Source: Octopus sinensis
Lineage: Eukaryota
Length of the DNA stretch: 32,896 bases
Reading direction: 5' to 3'
Assembly (NCBI RefSeq): GCF_006345805.1
Contig: NW_021832491.1
Coordinates: 1-32,896, forward strand
Position numbers and translations under genes: made by a program
The notes under the pieces: generated by a model
Seen by the model: only the letters and a program-made list of their open reading frames with translations
What the model was told of the DNA's origin: nothing
Database searches by the model: none
Shown: piece by piece, positions 23,111-32,896 of the stretch
How the letters are laid out: every line of letters begins with the position of its first letter
How positions within the stretch are numbered: the stretch's first letter is position 1

Positions 23111-23113
<3 letters not shown>
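22484..23113. mobile_element. Young fold-back element (inverted Penelope-pLTR or retrozyme-like) within (TA)n
   Basis: Near-identical inverted arms 22585-22765 and 22929-23113, hairpin-rich spacer, canonical HHR, (TA)n on both sides. Confidence 0.8.
22893..22993 (+). ncRNA. Canonical type I hammerhead ribozyme
   Basis: Stem I TCTTTTA/TAAAAGA; CTGATGA 22900-22906; stem II AGTGT..ACACT extended by ATGGTAGACTAGCTTAATT/AATTAAGCTGGTCTATCAT; GAAA 22971-22974; palindromic stem III ACGATGCATCGT; GUA site, predicted cut after 22986. Confidence 0.9.
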
Positions 23114-23162
<49 letters not shown>

Positions 23163-23163
23163 T

Positions 23164-23212
<49 letters not shown>

Positions 23213-23214
23213 AA

Positions 23215-23259
<45 letters not shown>

Positions 23260-23416
23260 GTGTGTGTGATTGTGTATAGAAGAATATATTAATAAAAGGA
23301 ATTCCAACCTTGTCTGATTTTCATGTTTTATTTACAATTTTATAATGATATAATATAAGATAATATATTATAATAGAATAAAATAAAATAGTAGAATGTT
23401 AAATGTTCATTCTGAT

Positions 23417-23461
23417 TGAACTAGTACTTTCATGCATTAAATTCTGCAATCTTCAGGTTCA
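23417..23461 (-). ncRNA. Minimal type I hammerhead ribozyme
   Basis: Minus strand TGAAC-CTGAAGA-T-TGCA(GAATTTAA)TGCA-T-GAAA-GTAC-TA-GTTCA; all core bases intact; palindromic stem III AGTACT. Confidence 0.8.
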
Positions 23462-23673
23462 TGTAGTAGTGGTGGGAGTCATGCTTCACAATGTTTGACT
23501 GTCAATTTTGGACAGTCAAAAATCGTGAAGCATGGATTAATTAGCCGAAATTTGCTAGGGCGATTCGGTTCCTGACTGAAGATTAGAGGCTTCGAATGAC
23601 CCGTCCGTTCTTTGTGTCGTCTCTTTGTGTTTTTTGCGTTCTTGTCCCATTTTGTATTTTTTATATATAATTT

Positions 23674-23708
<35 letters not shown>

Positions 23709-24056
23709 TCTTATGATTTACTCGTTTTACAAATCAGTTTTCCCATTTGAAATTAACTAAAATATAATTAATCCGTTCCAGCCCACAAAAAAAAACCACT
23801 CAAAAATAATTTTTTATGGGTTTTAAAACTGAAAAGGTGTAGTTACAAATAAAGTGACAATTATAGAAAAAAGGAGAATGCAAAAGAAATATGTAAACTG
23901 GTTTTATTCACTGAATTACCTGAAAGATGGGACGATTTGTCTGCTCGTGCTGTGGATTTCCTGTTTGTATTTCAGGACAAAAATTCACATGAGTCTTGGC
24001 TCGTACAGCAAATTACTCATACAATGGGGCACTCATACTGCTAGGTTCTACCATAT

Positions 24057-24232
24057 ATCATCATCATCATTATCATTTAATGTCCATTGTCCATACTGGT
24101 ATGGGTTAGATGGTTTGACAAGGGCTGGCAAGCTGGAAGGCTACACCAGACTCCAGTCTGATCTGGCATGGTTTTCTATGGCTGGATGCCCTTCCTAATG
24201 CCAACTACTCTGAGAGTGTAATAGGTGCCTCT
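24057..24232 (-). mobile_element. Family C 3' end, diverged
   Basis: (CAT)n tail plus GGCTGGATGCCCTTCCTAATGCCAAC. Confidence 0.75.
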
Positions 24233-24376
24233 AGGTTCCATTGGCACAGGTCCCGTTTGTGCGAGGCCAGGACTGTGATTTTGCTTGGCTTGATGCGTAT
24301 TCTTGTCGAGCACGACTTGGTGCCAAAGGTCTTGGTCATTGCTTCCGTGACGCCCAATGCTCAAAAGGAAATATAC

Positions 24377-24791
24377 AGGTGCAGGAGTGGCTGTGTGGTA
24401 AGTAGCTTGCTAACCAACCTCATGGTTCCGGGTTCAGTCCCACTGCGTGGCACCTTGGGCAAGTGTCTTCTGCTATAGCCCCGGGCCGACCAATGCCTTG
24501 TGGAGGGGATTGGTAGACGGAAACTGAAAGAAGCCCGTCGTATATATATATATATATGTATGTGTGTGTTTGTGTGTCTGTGTTTGTCTCCCCCCCTAGC
24601 ATTGCTTGACAACCGATGCTGGTGTGTTTACGTCCCCGTCACTTAGCGGTTCGGCAAAAGAGACCAATAGAATAAGTACTGGGCTTACAAAGAATAAGTC
24701 CTGGGGTCGATTTGCTCGACTAAAGGCGGTGCTCCAGCATGGCCGCAGTCAAATGACTGAAACAAGTAAAAGAGTAAAGAGTAAAAGAGAG
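24377..24791 (+). mobile_element. SINE family A, full length
   Basis: Consensus match. Confidence 0.9.
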
Positions 24792-24827
24792 TATATCTCT
24801 ATGTATGTATCTATCTATAGATTTATG

Positions 24828-25033
24828 TTGGGTTGGTACATAATTGTGGATTTTTTTTGCAAAAAATTTTAGTCAACAAAAACAATAACAACACATAACA
24901 AAAACATCTTTAAATAATTATTCCGGAGCATATTCACCACCTCCTTCAATTACTGCTTCCCATTTGCTTAGCAGACGGTCAGACTGTCATTTAAAGATGT
25001 TTTTGTTAAATAAAATAATTATGCACCAACCCA

Positions 25034-25034
<1 letters not shown>
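24828..25034 (-). mobile_element. mariner MITE retaining the transposase C-terminus
   Basis: TIR TTGGGTTGGT(A/G)CATAATT, TG/TA flanks; minus strand DRLLSKWEAVIEGGGEYAPE*. Confidence 0.85.
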
Positions 25035-25090
<56 letters not shown>

Positions 25091-25218
25091 CATTATATAT
25101 ATATTTAGCAATTAAGGACAACTACTTAATAAGGAAAACTTAACAAGAAATTGTCAGGTAGATAGTGTGAAAACCTCATAAGAGAAAAATTTCGAAATAA
25201 TTATTTATATTGAACATA

Positions 25219-25368
25219 TTAATTTATATATAGAGGGCATTATACATACATGCCAGAGGGCATTATACATACATATACATAGAAATGACTAATGTCCCTC
25301 TTAGCGTGTGGCATGTATGTATAATGCCCTCTGGCATGTATGTATAATGCCCTCTATATATAAATTAA
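25219..25368. repeat. Perfect 56-bp inverted repeat built from a 23-bp tandem unit
   Basis: Arms 25219-25274 and 25313-25368; unit AGAGGGCATTATACATACATGCC. Confidence 0.9.
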
Positions 25369-25374
25369 CATATA

Positions 25375-25406
<32 letters not shown>

Positions 25407-25639
25407 CATATACACACACACAGAGGAGATAGAGAGAGAGAGAGTCAACGCTGTGATTAATGTCATGTGTCATAATACAATAAAATAACTTGTTACTCAT
25501 GGCCTTAAGCTTTGCTCTGAGTGGGATTGGCAAGCAAATGTTTAGCAAAGCTCTTTGGAGGTAAAACTCATGAGCATTTGTATATTTATTTATATATATA
25601 TATATAGATATATATATCATCATCATCGTTGTCGTTTAA

Positions 25640-26057
25640 CCTATTTCTTTATTACCCACAAGGGGCTAAACTCAGAGGGGACAAACAAGGACAGACATAG
25701 CTATTAAGTCGATTACATCAAACCCAGTGCGTAACTGGTACTTAATTTATCGACCCCGAAAGGATGAAAGGCAAAGTCGACCTCGGCGGAATTTGAACTC
25801 AGAATGTAACGGCAGACGAAATACCTATTTCTTTACTACCCACAAGGGGCTAAACACAGAGGGGACAAACAAGGACAGACAAAGGGATTAAGTCGATTAT
25901 ATCAACCCCAGTGCATAACTGGTACTTATTTTATCGACCCTGAAAGGATGAAAGGCAAAGTCGACCTCGGCAGAATTTGAACCCAAAACGTAACAGCAGA
26001 CGAAACACAGCTATGCATTTCGCCCGGCATGCTAACATTTCTGCCAGCTCGCCACCT
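25640..26057 (-). mobile_element. SINE family B with tandemly duplicated 3' portion
   Basis: Partial copy about 25640-25823 abutting a full copy about 25824-26057. Confidence 0.88.
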
Positions 26058-26171
26058 TGCTCATATGTGTATATATAAAAAAAGGGGGCCACAGTGAAAC
26101 GAAAATGCTAATCCTTGTATGTAGTTCTAGATACCTCTGAAATTATTCTAGCCACAATCATTCTGCCAGCT

Positions 26172-26236
26172 CTCCGTTTCCATGCTGGCATGGGTTGGAT
26201 GGTTTGACTGAAGGCTGGCAAGACAGAAGACTACAG
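26172..26236 (-). mobile_element. Family C fragment
   Basis: TCCATGCTGGCATGGGTTGGATGGTTTGAC. Confidence 0.6.
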
Positions 26237-26704
26237 TTTTATATGTATATATGTATGTATGTATGTCTGTCTATCTCTCTATCTATCTATATATATATAT
26301 ATATTTAAGGAGAAACAATATGCTGGGATAGAGATTTAAATTAAATATGCTGTATAGCTGGCTTTAATAATAAAAAACTGTGTAGACCTATAATTCTCCT
26401 TATTTTTGGGGAATTGTCTTGGGTGTACATTAACTAAACTATTTATATTCCTCCGAAGTGAACCAAGGATTTTCCTATCTGATTAATTAGATTGGAATTG
26501 TTTACCTCGACTAATCCTAGGATATATTTCTTATCATTCAATGCAGTTAGCCTTAACTTAGATTTTAACAGAGTTTCTTGAACAGTGCCTGTCTGGATAT
26601 GTTATCCCTAAAGTACAAGTGAGGATATATAAACCTCAGAGGGATAGAAATATTCAGGATTAGACTAGTTGAATACCTTATAATATAGGCACACATACAC
26701 ATAT

Positions 26705-27116
26705 ACTCTTTTCTCTTTACTCTTTTACTTGTTTCAGTCATTTGACTGCGGCCATGCTGGAGCACCGCCTTTAGTCGAGCAAATCGACCCCGGGACTTAT
26801 TCTTTGTAAGCCCAGTACTTATTCTATCGGTCTCTTTTGCCGAACCGCTAAGTGACGGGGACGTAAACACACCAGCATCGGTTGTCAAGCAATGCTAGGG
26901 GAACAAACACAGACACACAAACATATACACACACACATATATATATACATATATACGACGGGCTTCTTTCAGTTTCCGTCTACCAAATCCACTCACAAGG
27001 CATTGGTCGGCCCGGGGCTATAGCAGAAGACACTTGCCCAAGATGCCACGCAGTGGGACTGAACCCTGAACCATGTGGTTGGTTAGCAAGCTACTTACCA
27101 CACAGCCACTCTTGCA
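26705..27116 (-). mobile_element. SINE family A, full length
   Basis: Consensus match. Confidence 0.9.
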
Positions 27117-27134
27117 TATATTATTATTATTATA

Positions 27135-27635
27135 AAATTAACTAAATTAGCATAGAATAATGGTTTCATATCTTTTCAGAATTAAGGTCGAAACTGTAAA
27201 TAATATGAAGATGAAAGAAATCTTTATATATATAAAGCTGAAGTTGTCTGTATGGCAGGTTTGGTAGCCTTCAACTAACACTATCTCCTCTGAGACCCTG
27301 CGGCACAAGTTGACCAAAATTGAGAGTATGATAGAAGAAGGCTTGCTCTTCATTCCGTAGAAGATAAAATTCAAATCGGACCATGTTAACACCAAAAATT
27401 ATTTACATCAAAATGGTGCTTTTTTTTTCTATGAAAATCCCTATTTTTTTACGATTTTTTTACTGCTGTGTTGCCATTTTTCGGTGTATTTCACCCAGAA
27501 AAGTGTTCACTTAAAGAGAATAACAAGCTACATAATGCAACATTCTTACTTTTCAAAAATTCCAATTCTAAAGGGTCGAAACAAACCCGAGCGACGCCAG
27601 GCAATACTGCTAGTAGTTGAATAACTGTAAACCCT
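27135..27635 (-). mobile_element. Subterminal fragment of the Tc1/mariner family (compare 22141-22240), split by a Helitron
   Basis: AACTAAATTAGCATAGAATAA...GAAAGAAA|Helitron|TAGTTGAATAACTGTAAACC is collinear with 22141-22240. Confidence 0.75.
27221..27613 (+). mobile_element. Non-autonomous Helitron
   Basis: A|TCTTTATATATATAAAG ... CCCGAGCGACGCCAGG-CAATACTG-CTAG|T; 3' end shared with 18138-18510. Confidence 0.88.
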
Positions 27636-27820
27636 GTATGTCTGTGTGTGGATAGTATGATAGACTGCTGAGCTAGGGGTAGCTACGAGGGAGCATGTTA
27701 TGGAGAATGGGACTGTGATGGTCCAAGTTGTAATTCCTCCTGAGGGAGGTGAATGGTGTGTTCCCAGCCCTTTATTGTCTTTTGGGAATAGCAAGACGGT
27801 GGGACTCCAGAGTTAGGGCT

Positions 27821-28488
27821 AATTCTGATCGATGTACGCTGTAGTTTGCTGTCAGTAAATACTTTAGGGCCCAGAGCACTGAACTGCCTGGAGGCCTCAC
27901 AGGTCTAAAGGTCCAATTCTGATCTATGCGTGCTTTGGCTTATTGTCAAGTGATGGATGGAAGCACTCCGTCGGTTACGACGATGAGGGTTCCGGTTGAT
28001 CCGATCAACGGAACAGCCTGCTTGTGAAATTAACGTGTAAGTGGCTGAGTACTCCACAGACACGTATACCCTTAACGTAGTTCTCGGGGATATTCAGCGT
28101 GACACAGAGAGTGACAAGGCCGGCCCTTTGAAATACAGGTACAACAGAAACAGGAAGTAAGAGTGAGAGAAAGTTGTGGTGAAAGAGTACAGCAGGGATC
28201 ACCACCATCCCCTGCCGGAGCCTCGTGGAGCTTTTTAGGTGTTTTCGCTCAATAAACACTCACAACGCCCGGTCTGGGAATCGAAACTGCGATCCTATGA
28301 CCGCGAGTCCGCTGCCATAACCACTGGGCCATTGCGCCTCCACATGTCAAGTGATATATTCTAATGGGCCTAGAGCATTGATTCACCTGGGAGCCTCATG
28401 TGTCTTGGGACCCAATTCTGACCTATGTGTTCTGTAGCTTGCAGTAAATAAATAAATTCTATAGGTCCCAGTGCCTTTATTTGCCTGG
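27821..28488. repeat. Old tandem repeat of about 95 bp (about 3 copies), interrupted by a SINE
   Basis: AATTCTGA.CTATG...GG.CC.AG.GC...CCTGG recurs at about 27821, 27915 and 28413. Confidence 0.7.
27955..28344 (-). mobile_element. tRNA-derived SINE family D with 11-bp TSD
   Basis: Minus-strand head GGCGCAATGGCCCAGTGGTTA...GTTTCGATTCCC; TSD TGTCAAGTGAT at 27944-27954 and 28345-28355. Confidence 0.9.
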
Positions 28489-29016
28489 TAGTGGTGGTGG
28501 TGGTGGCAGTGGTGATGGTGGTTGTGTTGGTGGCAGCGTTGGTGGTGTTGATGGTGGTGGTGGTGGTGTTGGTGGTGATAATAGTAGTGGTCGTGGTGAT
28601 GATGGTGGTGGTAGTGATGGTGGTGGTAGTGATGGTAGTGGTAGTGGTGTTGGTGGTGATGATGATAATGGTGGTGTTGATGGTGGTGGTTGCCTTAGTG
28701 ATAGTGGTGGTAGTGGCAGTGGTGATGGGATGGTGGCTTTTGCAGTGGTGATGGTGGTTGTGTTGGTGGCAGCGTTGGTGGTGTTGATGGTGGTGGTGAT
28801 AATAGTAGTGGTATTGGTGATGATGGTGGTGGTAGTGGTGTTGGTGGTGATGATGATAATGGTGGTGATGGTGGTGGTTGCCTTAGTGATAGTGGTGGTA
28901 GTGGCAGTGGTGATGGCAATGGTGGTAGTGGTTACAGTGCTGGCGATGGTGGCAGCAGTGATGGCGGTGGTGTTTGTGGTGGTGCTAGTGCTGGTGGTGT
29001 TGGTAGTGGTGCTGGC
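28486..29016. repeat. (GGT)n-type microsatellite with an internal block duplication
   Basis: 28507-28728 is repeated at about 28742-28917. Confidence 0.92.
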
Positions 29017-29167
29017 TGAATACCATCAGTGTGGAGTTTATGCATTTTCAGAACCTATTCTGCTCGCATCTCTTCCCTCACAGAATATTGTCTGACAGAG
29101 CCCCCAAGTCTTTTTAGCCTTGCTAAAACTACATTTCTAAAACTAGAACACACACACACACACACAG

Positions 29168-29525
29168 AGAAGCTTGCTTCTAAACCATGAGGTCTTGGGT
29201 TCAGTCTGACTGCATGGCACCTTGGGCAAGTTCCTCCTAATATAGCCTTTATGAGTGGATTTAGTAAATGGAAATTGAAAGAAGCCTGTCGTATATATAT
29301 AAATATGTCCCTTATATTTTTGTACTTATTTCAGTCATTTGACTGTGGCCATGCTGGAGCACGGCCTTGAAGGGTTATTTAGTCAAACAAATCCACTCCA
29401 GGACTTATGTTTTAAGCCTAGTACTTGTTCTTGTTCTATTGGCTTTCTTTTGTTGAACTGCTAAGTTACAGGGATGGAAACAAACCAATACTGGTTGTCA
29501 AGTGGTGATGGTGGGGCCAAACACA
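29168..29525. mobile_element. Diverged SINE A fragments (head + at 29168-29292; 3' half - at 29323-29525)
   Basis: Partial consensus matches. Confidence 0.7.
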
Positions 29526-29574
29526 GACACACACGCACGTACATGCACAGACATCCCCCCTTCCCCTTTCATAA

Positions 29575-30634
29575 TTTCTTGTCTTGCAAGGTACTTTGTG
29601 ACCCTGCCAATGCTGGTGCCACGTTAAAAGCTTCCAGTCCACACTGTGAAGTGGTTGGCATTTGGAAGGGCCTCCAGCTGTAAAGATCATGCCAAAACTA
29701 ACTTTGCCTGCGCTAGAGTCATGTAAAAAGCACTGAGTCCACTCTGCGGAGTGGTTGATGTTAGGAAGGGCCTCCAGCCATAAAAATCTCTGCCAAAACT
29801 AACTTTGCCTGAGCTACAGTCATGTAAAAAGCACTGAGTCCACTCTGCGGAGTGGTTGATGTTAGGAAGGGCATCCAGCCGTAAAAATCTCTGCCAAAAC
29901 TAACTTTGCCTGAGCTAGAGTCATGTAAAAAGCACTGAGTCCACTCTGCAGAGTGGTTGATGTTAGGAAGGGCATCCAGCCGTAAAAATCTCTGCCAAAA
30001 CTAACTTTGCCTGAGCTAGAGTCATGTAAAAAGCACTGAGTCCACTCTGCGGAGTGGTTGATGTTAGGAAGGGCATCCAGCGTAAAAATCTCTCTGCCAA
30101 AACTAACTTTGCCTGAGCTAGTCACTGTAAAAAGCACTGAGTCCACTCTGCGGAGTGGTTGATGTTAGGAAGGGCATCCAGCCGTAAAAATCTCTGCCAA
30201 AACTAACTTTGCCTGAGCTACAGTCCAGTTTGCTGGACATTGTTGTAGAGCTGAAAAAGAAGTAATTTCTACTCTCCTCCTCTGGAAGCCATCTACTCGC
30301 AATACCAGAGGGCGCACACTCTCCTACCCTGATGTAATCTCCAGGGATACAGGCATCCAGCAACAGGACCTCCGTAATGCCATGATGGACCGTGAAGTCT
30401 GGCGTAACATAGTAAATTCCATTGTCTCGACCACGGTCGAACAATGATGATGATGATGTCATGTAAAAAGCACTGAGTCCACTCTGCAGAGCGGTTGATG
30501 TTAGGAAGGGCATCCAGCCGTAAAAAACCCTACCAAAACAGACACTGTAGCCTAGGGTAGATTTTCTTCCTGGCCAGCTCCCGTCAGTCGTCCTATCCAT
30601 GCATGTTTGGAAGATGGACGTTAAATGATGATGA
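29575..30634 (+). mobile_element. Family C element amplified into a 101-bp tandem array
   Basis: Units start at 29718, 29819, 29920, 30021, 30121 and 30458; ends GGACGTTAAATGATGATGAT. Confidence 0.88.
30223..30457 (+). mobile_element. 5'-truncated RTE-clade LINE (ORF C-terminus plus (TGA)n tail)
   Basis: Open frame VQFAGHCCRAEKEVISTLLLWKPSTRNTRGRTLSYPDVISRDTGIQQQDLRNAMMDREVWRNIVNSIVSTTVEQ*; hairpin TCGACC-AC-GGTCGA; GTC at both junctions. Confidence 0.88.
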
Positions 30635-30880
30635 TAAAAAACTTGCCCAAGGTGCTACATGGTGGAACTGAAACTGGAACCATGTTGTTGGGAAGCAAGC
30701 TCCTTACCACACAGCCATGGCAGCACCTATTAATTTATTACATATTTTTATGTAAGAATGTTCTTGATAGTGACTTTGAAGTTTCGTCCAGCCAAGCCAT
30801 TGCTGGACTGTGTAGTCTGACAATGGCTTGTGTGTGTGTGTGTGTTTGTCTCCACCACTGCTTGACAACCAGTGCTGGTT

Positions 30881-31260
30881 TCTCTTTTACTTGTTTCAGT
30901 CATTTGACTGCGGCCATGCTGGAGCACCGCCTTTTAGTCGAGCAAATCGACCCCAGGACTTATTCTTCTGTAAGCCTAGTACTTATTCTATCGGTCTCTT
31001 TTGCCGAGCCGCTAAGTTACGGGGACGTAAACACACCAGCATCAGTTGTCAAGCGATGTGGGGGGGACAAACACAACACACACATGCTTACATATATATA
31101 CATATATACGACGGGCTTCTTTCAGTTTCCGTCTACCAAATCCACTCACAAGGCTTTGGTCGGCCTGAGGCTATAGTAGAAGAAACTTGCCCAAGGTGCC
31201 ACGCAGTGGGACTGAACCTGGAACGTGTGGCTGGTAAGCAAGCTACTTACCACACAGCCC
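30881..31260 (-). mobile_element. SINE family A, near full length (plus fragments at 30640-30720 and 30840-30880)
   Basis: Consensus match. Confidence 0.88.
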
Positions 31261-31295
31261 TCTATAACTTTGGCCAAAAAGAGACTGATAGAATA

Positions 31296-31715
31296 ACTTA
31301 GACAGGTTTTGACCAGTATAGGTCCAGGCCATGTCTAAGCTAATAGCACCACCTGGTGAAGTCTTTTAGTCATATACGGGGCACCATGGCCTACTCTACC
31401 AAAGGGTTATTATTGTTGGAGACAGATACGGGTGTAGGAGGTTGGTCCAGGATTTTTTGGAGAAATTTGTCCAGAGAACTTTTGAATTATATGGGATCCA
31501 TTTCCGTATTTTGGTATGATATTGAAGAGAGCTGGACCGGTTGAGGTAAAGTAGTTGTATTGTAATGTTGTTTTGTGTCTTGACTTTGATTTTTGTAGTG
31601 GGTGGATAGCACAGGGAGTGGGGGGTGGGGGCAAGTCCTTGGTGGATTTTAAAACTGATGCCAACATCATTTGTGCAGTATTGATGGAATCAGTCTTTAA
31701 AAATAAGTCCTGGAT
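31296..31715 (-). pseudogene. 3' end of a CR1-group LINE ORF2, decayed
   Basis: NDVGISFKIH.../TTLQYNYFTSTGPALFNIIPK.../FKSSLDKFLQKILDQPPTP resembles the GPxLFNxLP..FKxxLDxxL..PDQP C-terminal motif. Confidence 0.75.
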
Positions 31716-31722
31716 TCAATTC

Positions 31723-32125
31723 AGGCGCAGGAGTGGCTGTGTGGTAAGTAGCTTGCTTACCAACCACATGGTTCCGGGTTCAGTCCCACTGCGTGGCACC
31801 TTGGGCAAGTGTCTTCTGCTATAGCCTCGGGCCGACCAATGCCTTGTGAGTGGATTTGGTAGACGGAAACTGAAAGAAGCCTGTCATATATATGTATATA
31901 TATGTATGTATGTGTGTATGTGTCTGTGTTTGTCCCCCTAGCATTGCTTGACAACCGATGCTGGTGTGTTTACGTCCCCGTTAGTTAGCGGTTCGGCAAA
32001 AGAGACCGATAGAATAAGTACTGGGCTTACAAAGAATAAGTCCTGGGGTCGATTTGATCGACTAAAGGCGGTGCTCCAGCATGGCCGCAATCAAATGACT
32101 GAAACAAGTAAAAGAGTAAAAGAGT
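31723..32125 (+). mobile_element. SINE family A, full length
   Basis: Consensus match. Confidence 0.9.
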
Positions 32126-32504
32126 AATTCATCTGACGAGACTCTTCAAGGTAGTGCCCCAGCATGACCGCAGCCTGATGACTGGAACGAGTGAAAGAAG
32201 ATAAAATGGAGGAGAAGCTGGCAACAACTTCAAAGTCTTGCCAGTGATTCTTTTTCGTTCGACTGATGAAACCAGTTATTGATGAGACTTCGAAGTTACT
32301 GTCAACTTTTCTTTTGACAATAAATTTGTTCTCCTTAAGCATGTTCAATACCCTTTTGGGAATATGACTTTATGTAAGATAACATATGCTCACACACAAA
32401 TTTATATCTATATCTATCTACCAATCTATCTATCTATTTATCCCTCTATATATGTATGTATCTATCTCTTCGTTCATCTGACTGTCTGTGTATTTGATGT
32501 CTGT

Positions 32505-32896
32505 CCTATCTATCTGCCTGTCTATACACACATATCTATCTATCTGCCTGTCTATACACACATATCTATCTATCTATCTGCCTTCTATACACACATATCT
32601 ATCTATCTATCTGCCTGTCTATACACACATATCTATCTATCTGCCTGTCTATACACACATATCTATCTATCTGCCTGTCTATACACACATATCTATCTAT
32701 CTGCCTGTCTATACACACATATCTATCTATCTGCCTTCTATACACACATATCTATCTATCTATCTGCCTGTCAATACACACATATCTATCTATCTGCCTG
32801 TCTATACACACATATCTATCTATCTGCCTGTCTATACACACATATCTATCTATCTATCTGCCTGTCTATACACAGGTATCTATCTATCTATCTATC
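32505..32896. repeat. 30-38 bp minisatellite ((TATC)nTGCCTGTCTATACACACA)
   Basis: About 12 tandem copies running to the window end. Confidence 0.95.

Noticed and set aside
23854-24050. Possible exon or transposase fragment with splice-like sites on both strands
   Set aside because: No recognisable homology or partner exons; cannot be supported without a search
24745-24775. SINE A tail hairpin followed by GAAACAAGTA resembling half a hammerhead
   Set aside because: No CUGANGA upstream in the full-length copies
28265-28344. tRNA gene
   Set aside because: tRNA-like head continues into a SINE body and is bounded by a TSD; the same reasoning applies to SINE A and B heads
28481-29095. Gly/Val-rich 204-aa ORF
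   Set aside because: Translation of a (GGT)n array
29718-30225. Regular repeat array resembling CRISPR
   Set aside because: Whole 101-bp units are repeated with no unique spacers; no cas genes; eukaryotic context
32133-32200. CTGACGA and CTGATGA..GAAA hammerhead-like words
   Set aside because: No stem I or III; the segment is a diverged copy of the SINE A tail (CCAGCATGGCCGCAGTCAAATGACTGAAACAAGTAAAAGA)

Overview
Repeat-saturated, AT-rich eukaryotic DNA. The tRNA-derived SINEs, microsatellite load and repeat types suggest a cephalopod (Octopus-like) intron or intergenic region; this is an inference. I cannot support any intact host protein-coding gene: almost all listed ORFs are microsatellite or SINE artefacts. 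The window holds a decayed Chapaev3-type (CMC) transposase, an R4/Dong-like reverse transcriptase remnant, RTE and CR1-group LINE 3' ends, Tc1/mariner, hAT, piggyBac and Merlin-like MITEs, two non-autonomous Helitrons, several SINE families, and many micro- and minisatellites, often nested. The most striking signal is at least six non-coding elements carrying type I hammerhead ribozyme (HHR) motifs with palindromic or minimal stem III. Three of them are head-to-head inverted duplications (15154-15778, 16569-16955, 22484-23113), and the HHR at 22893-22993 is fully canonical. This points to a diverse Penelope-pLTR or retrozyme-like family of self-cleaving fold-back elements, mostly next to TA-rich repeats.
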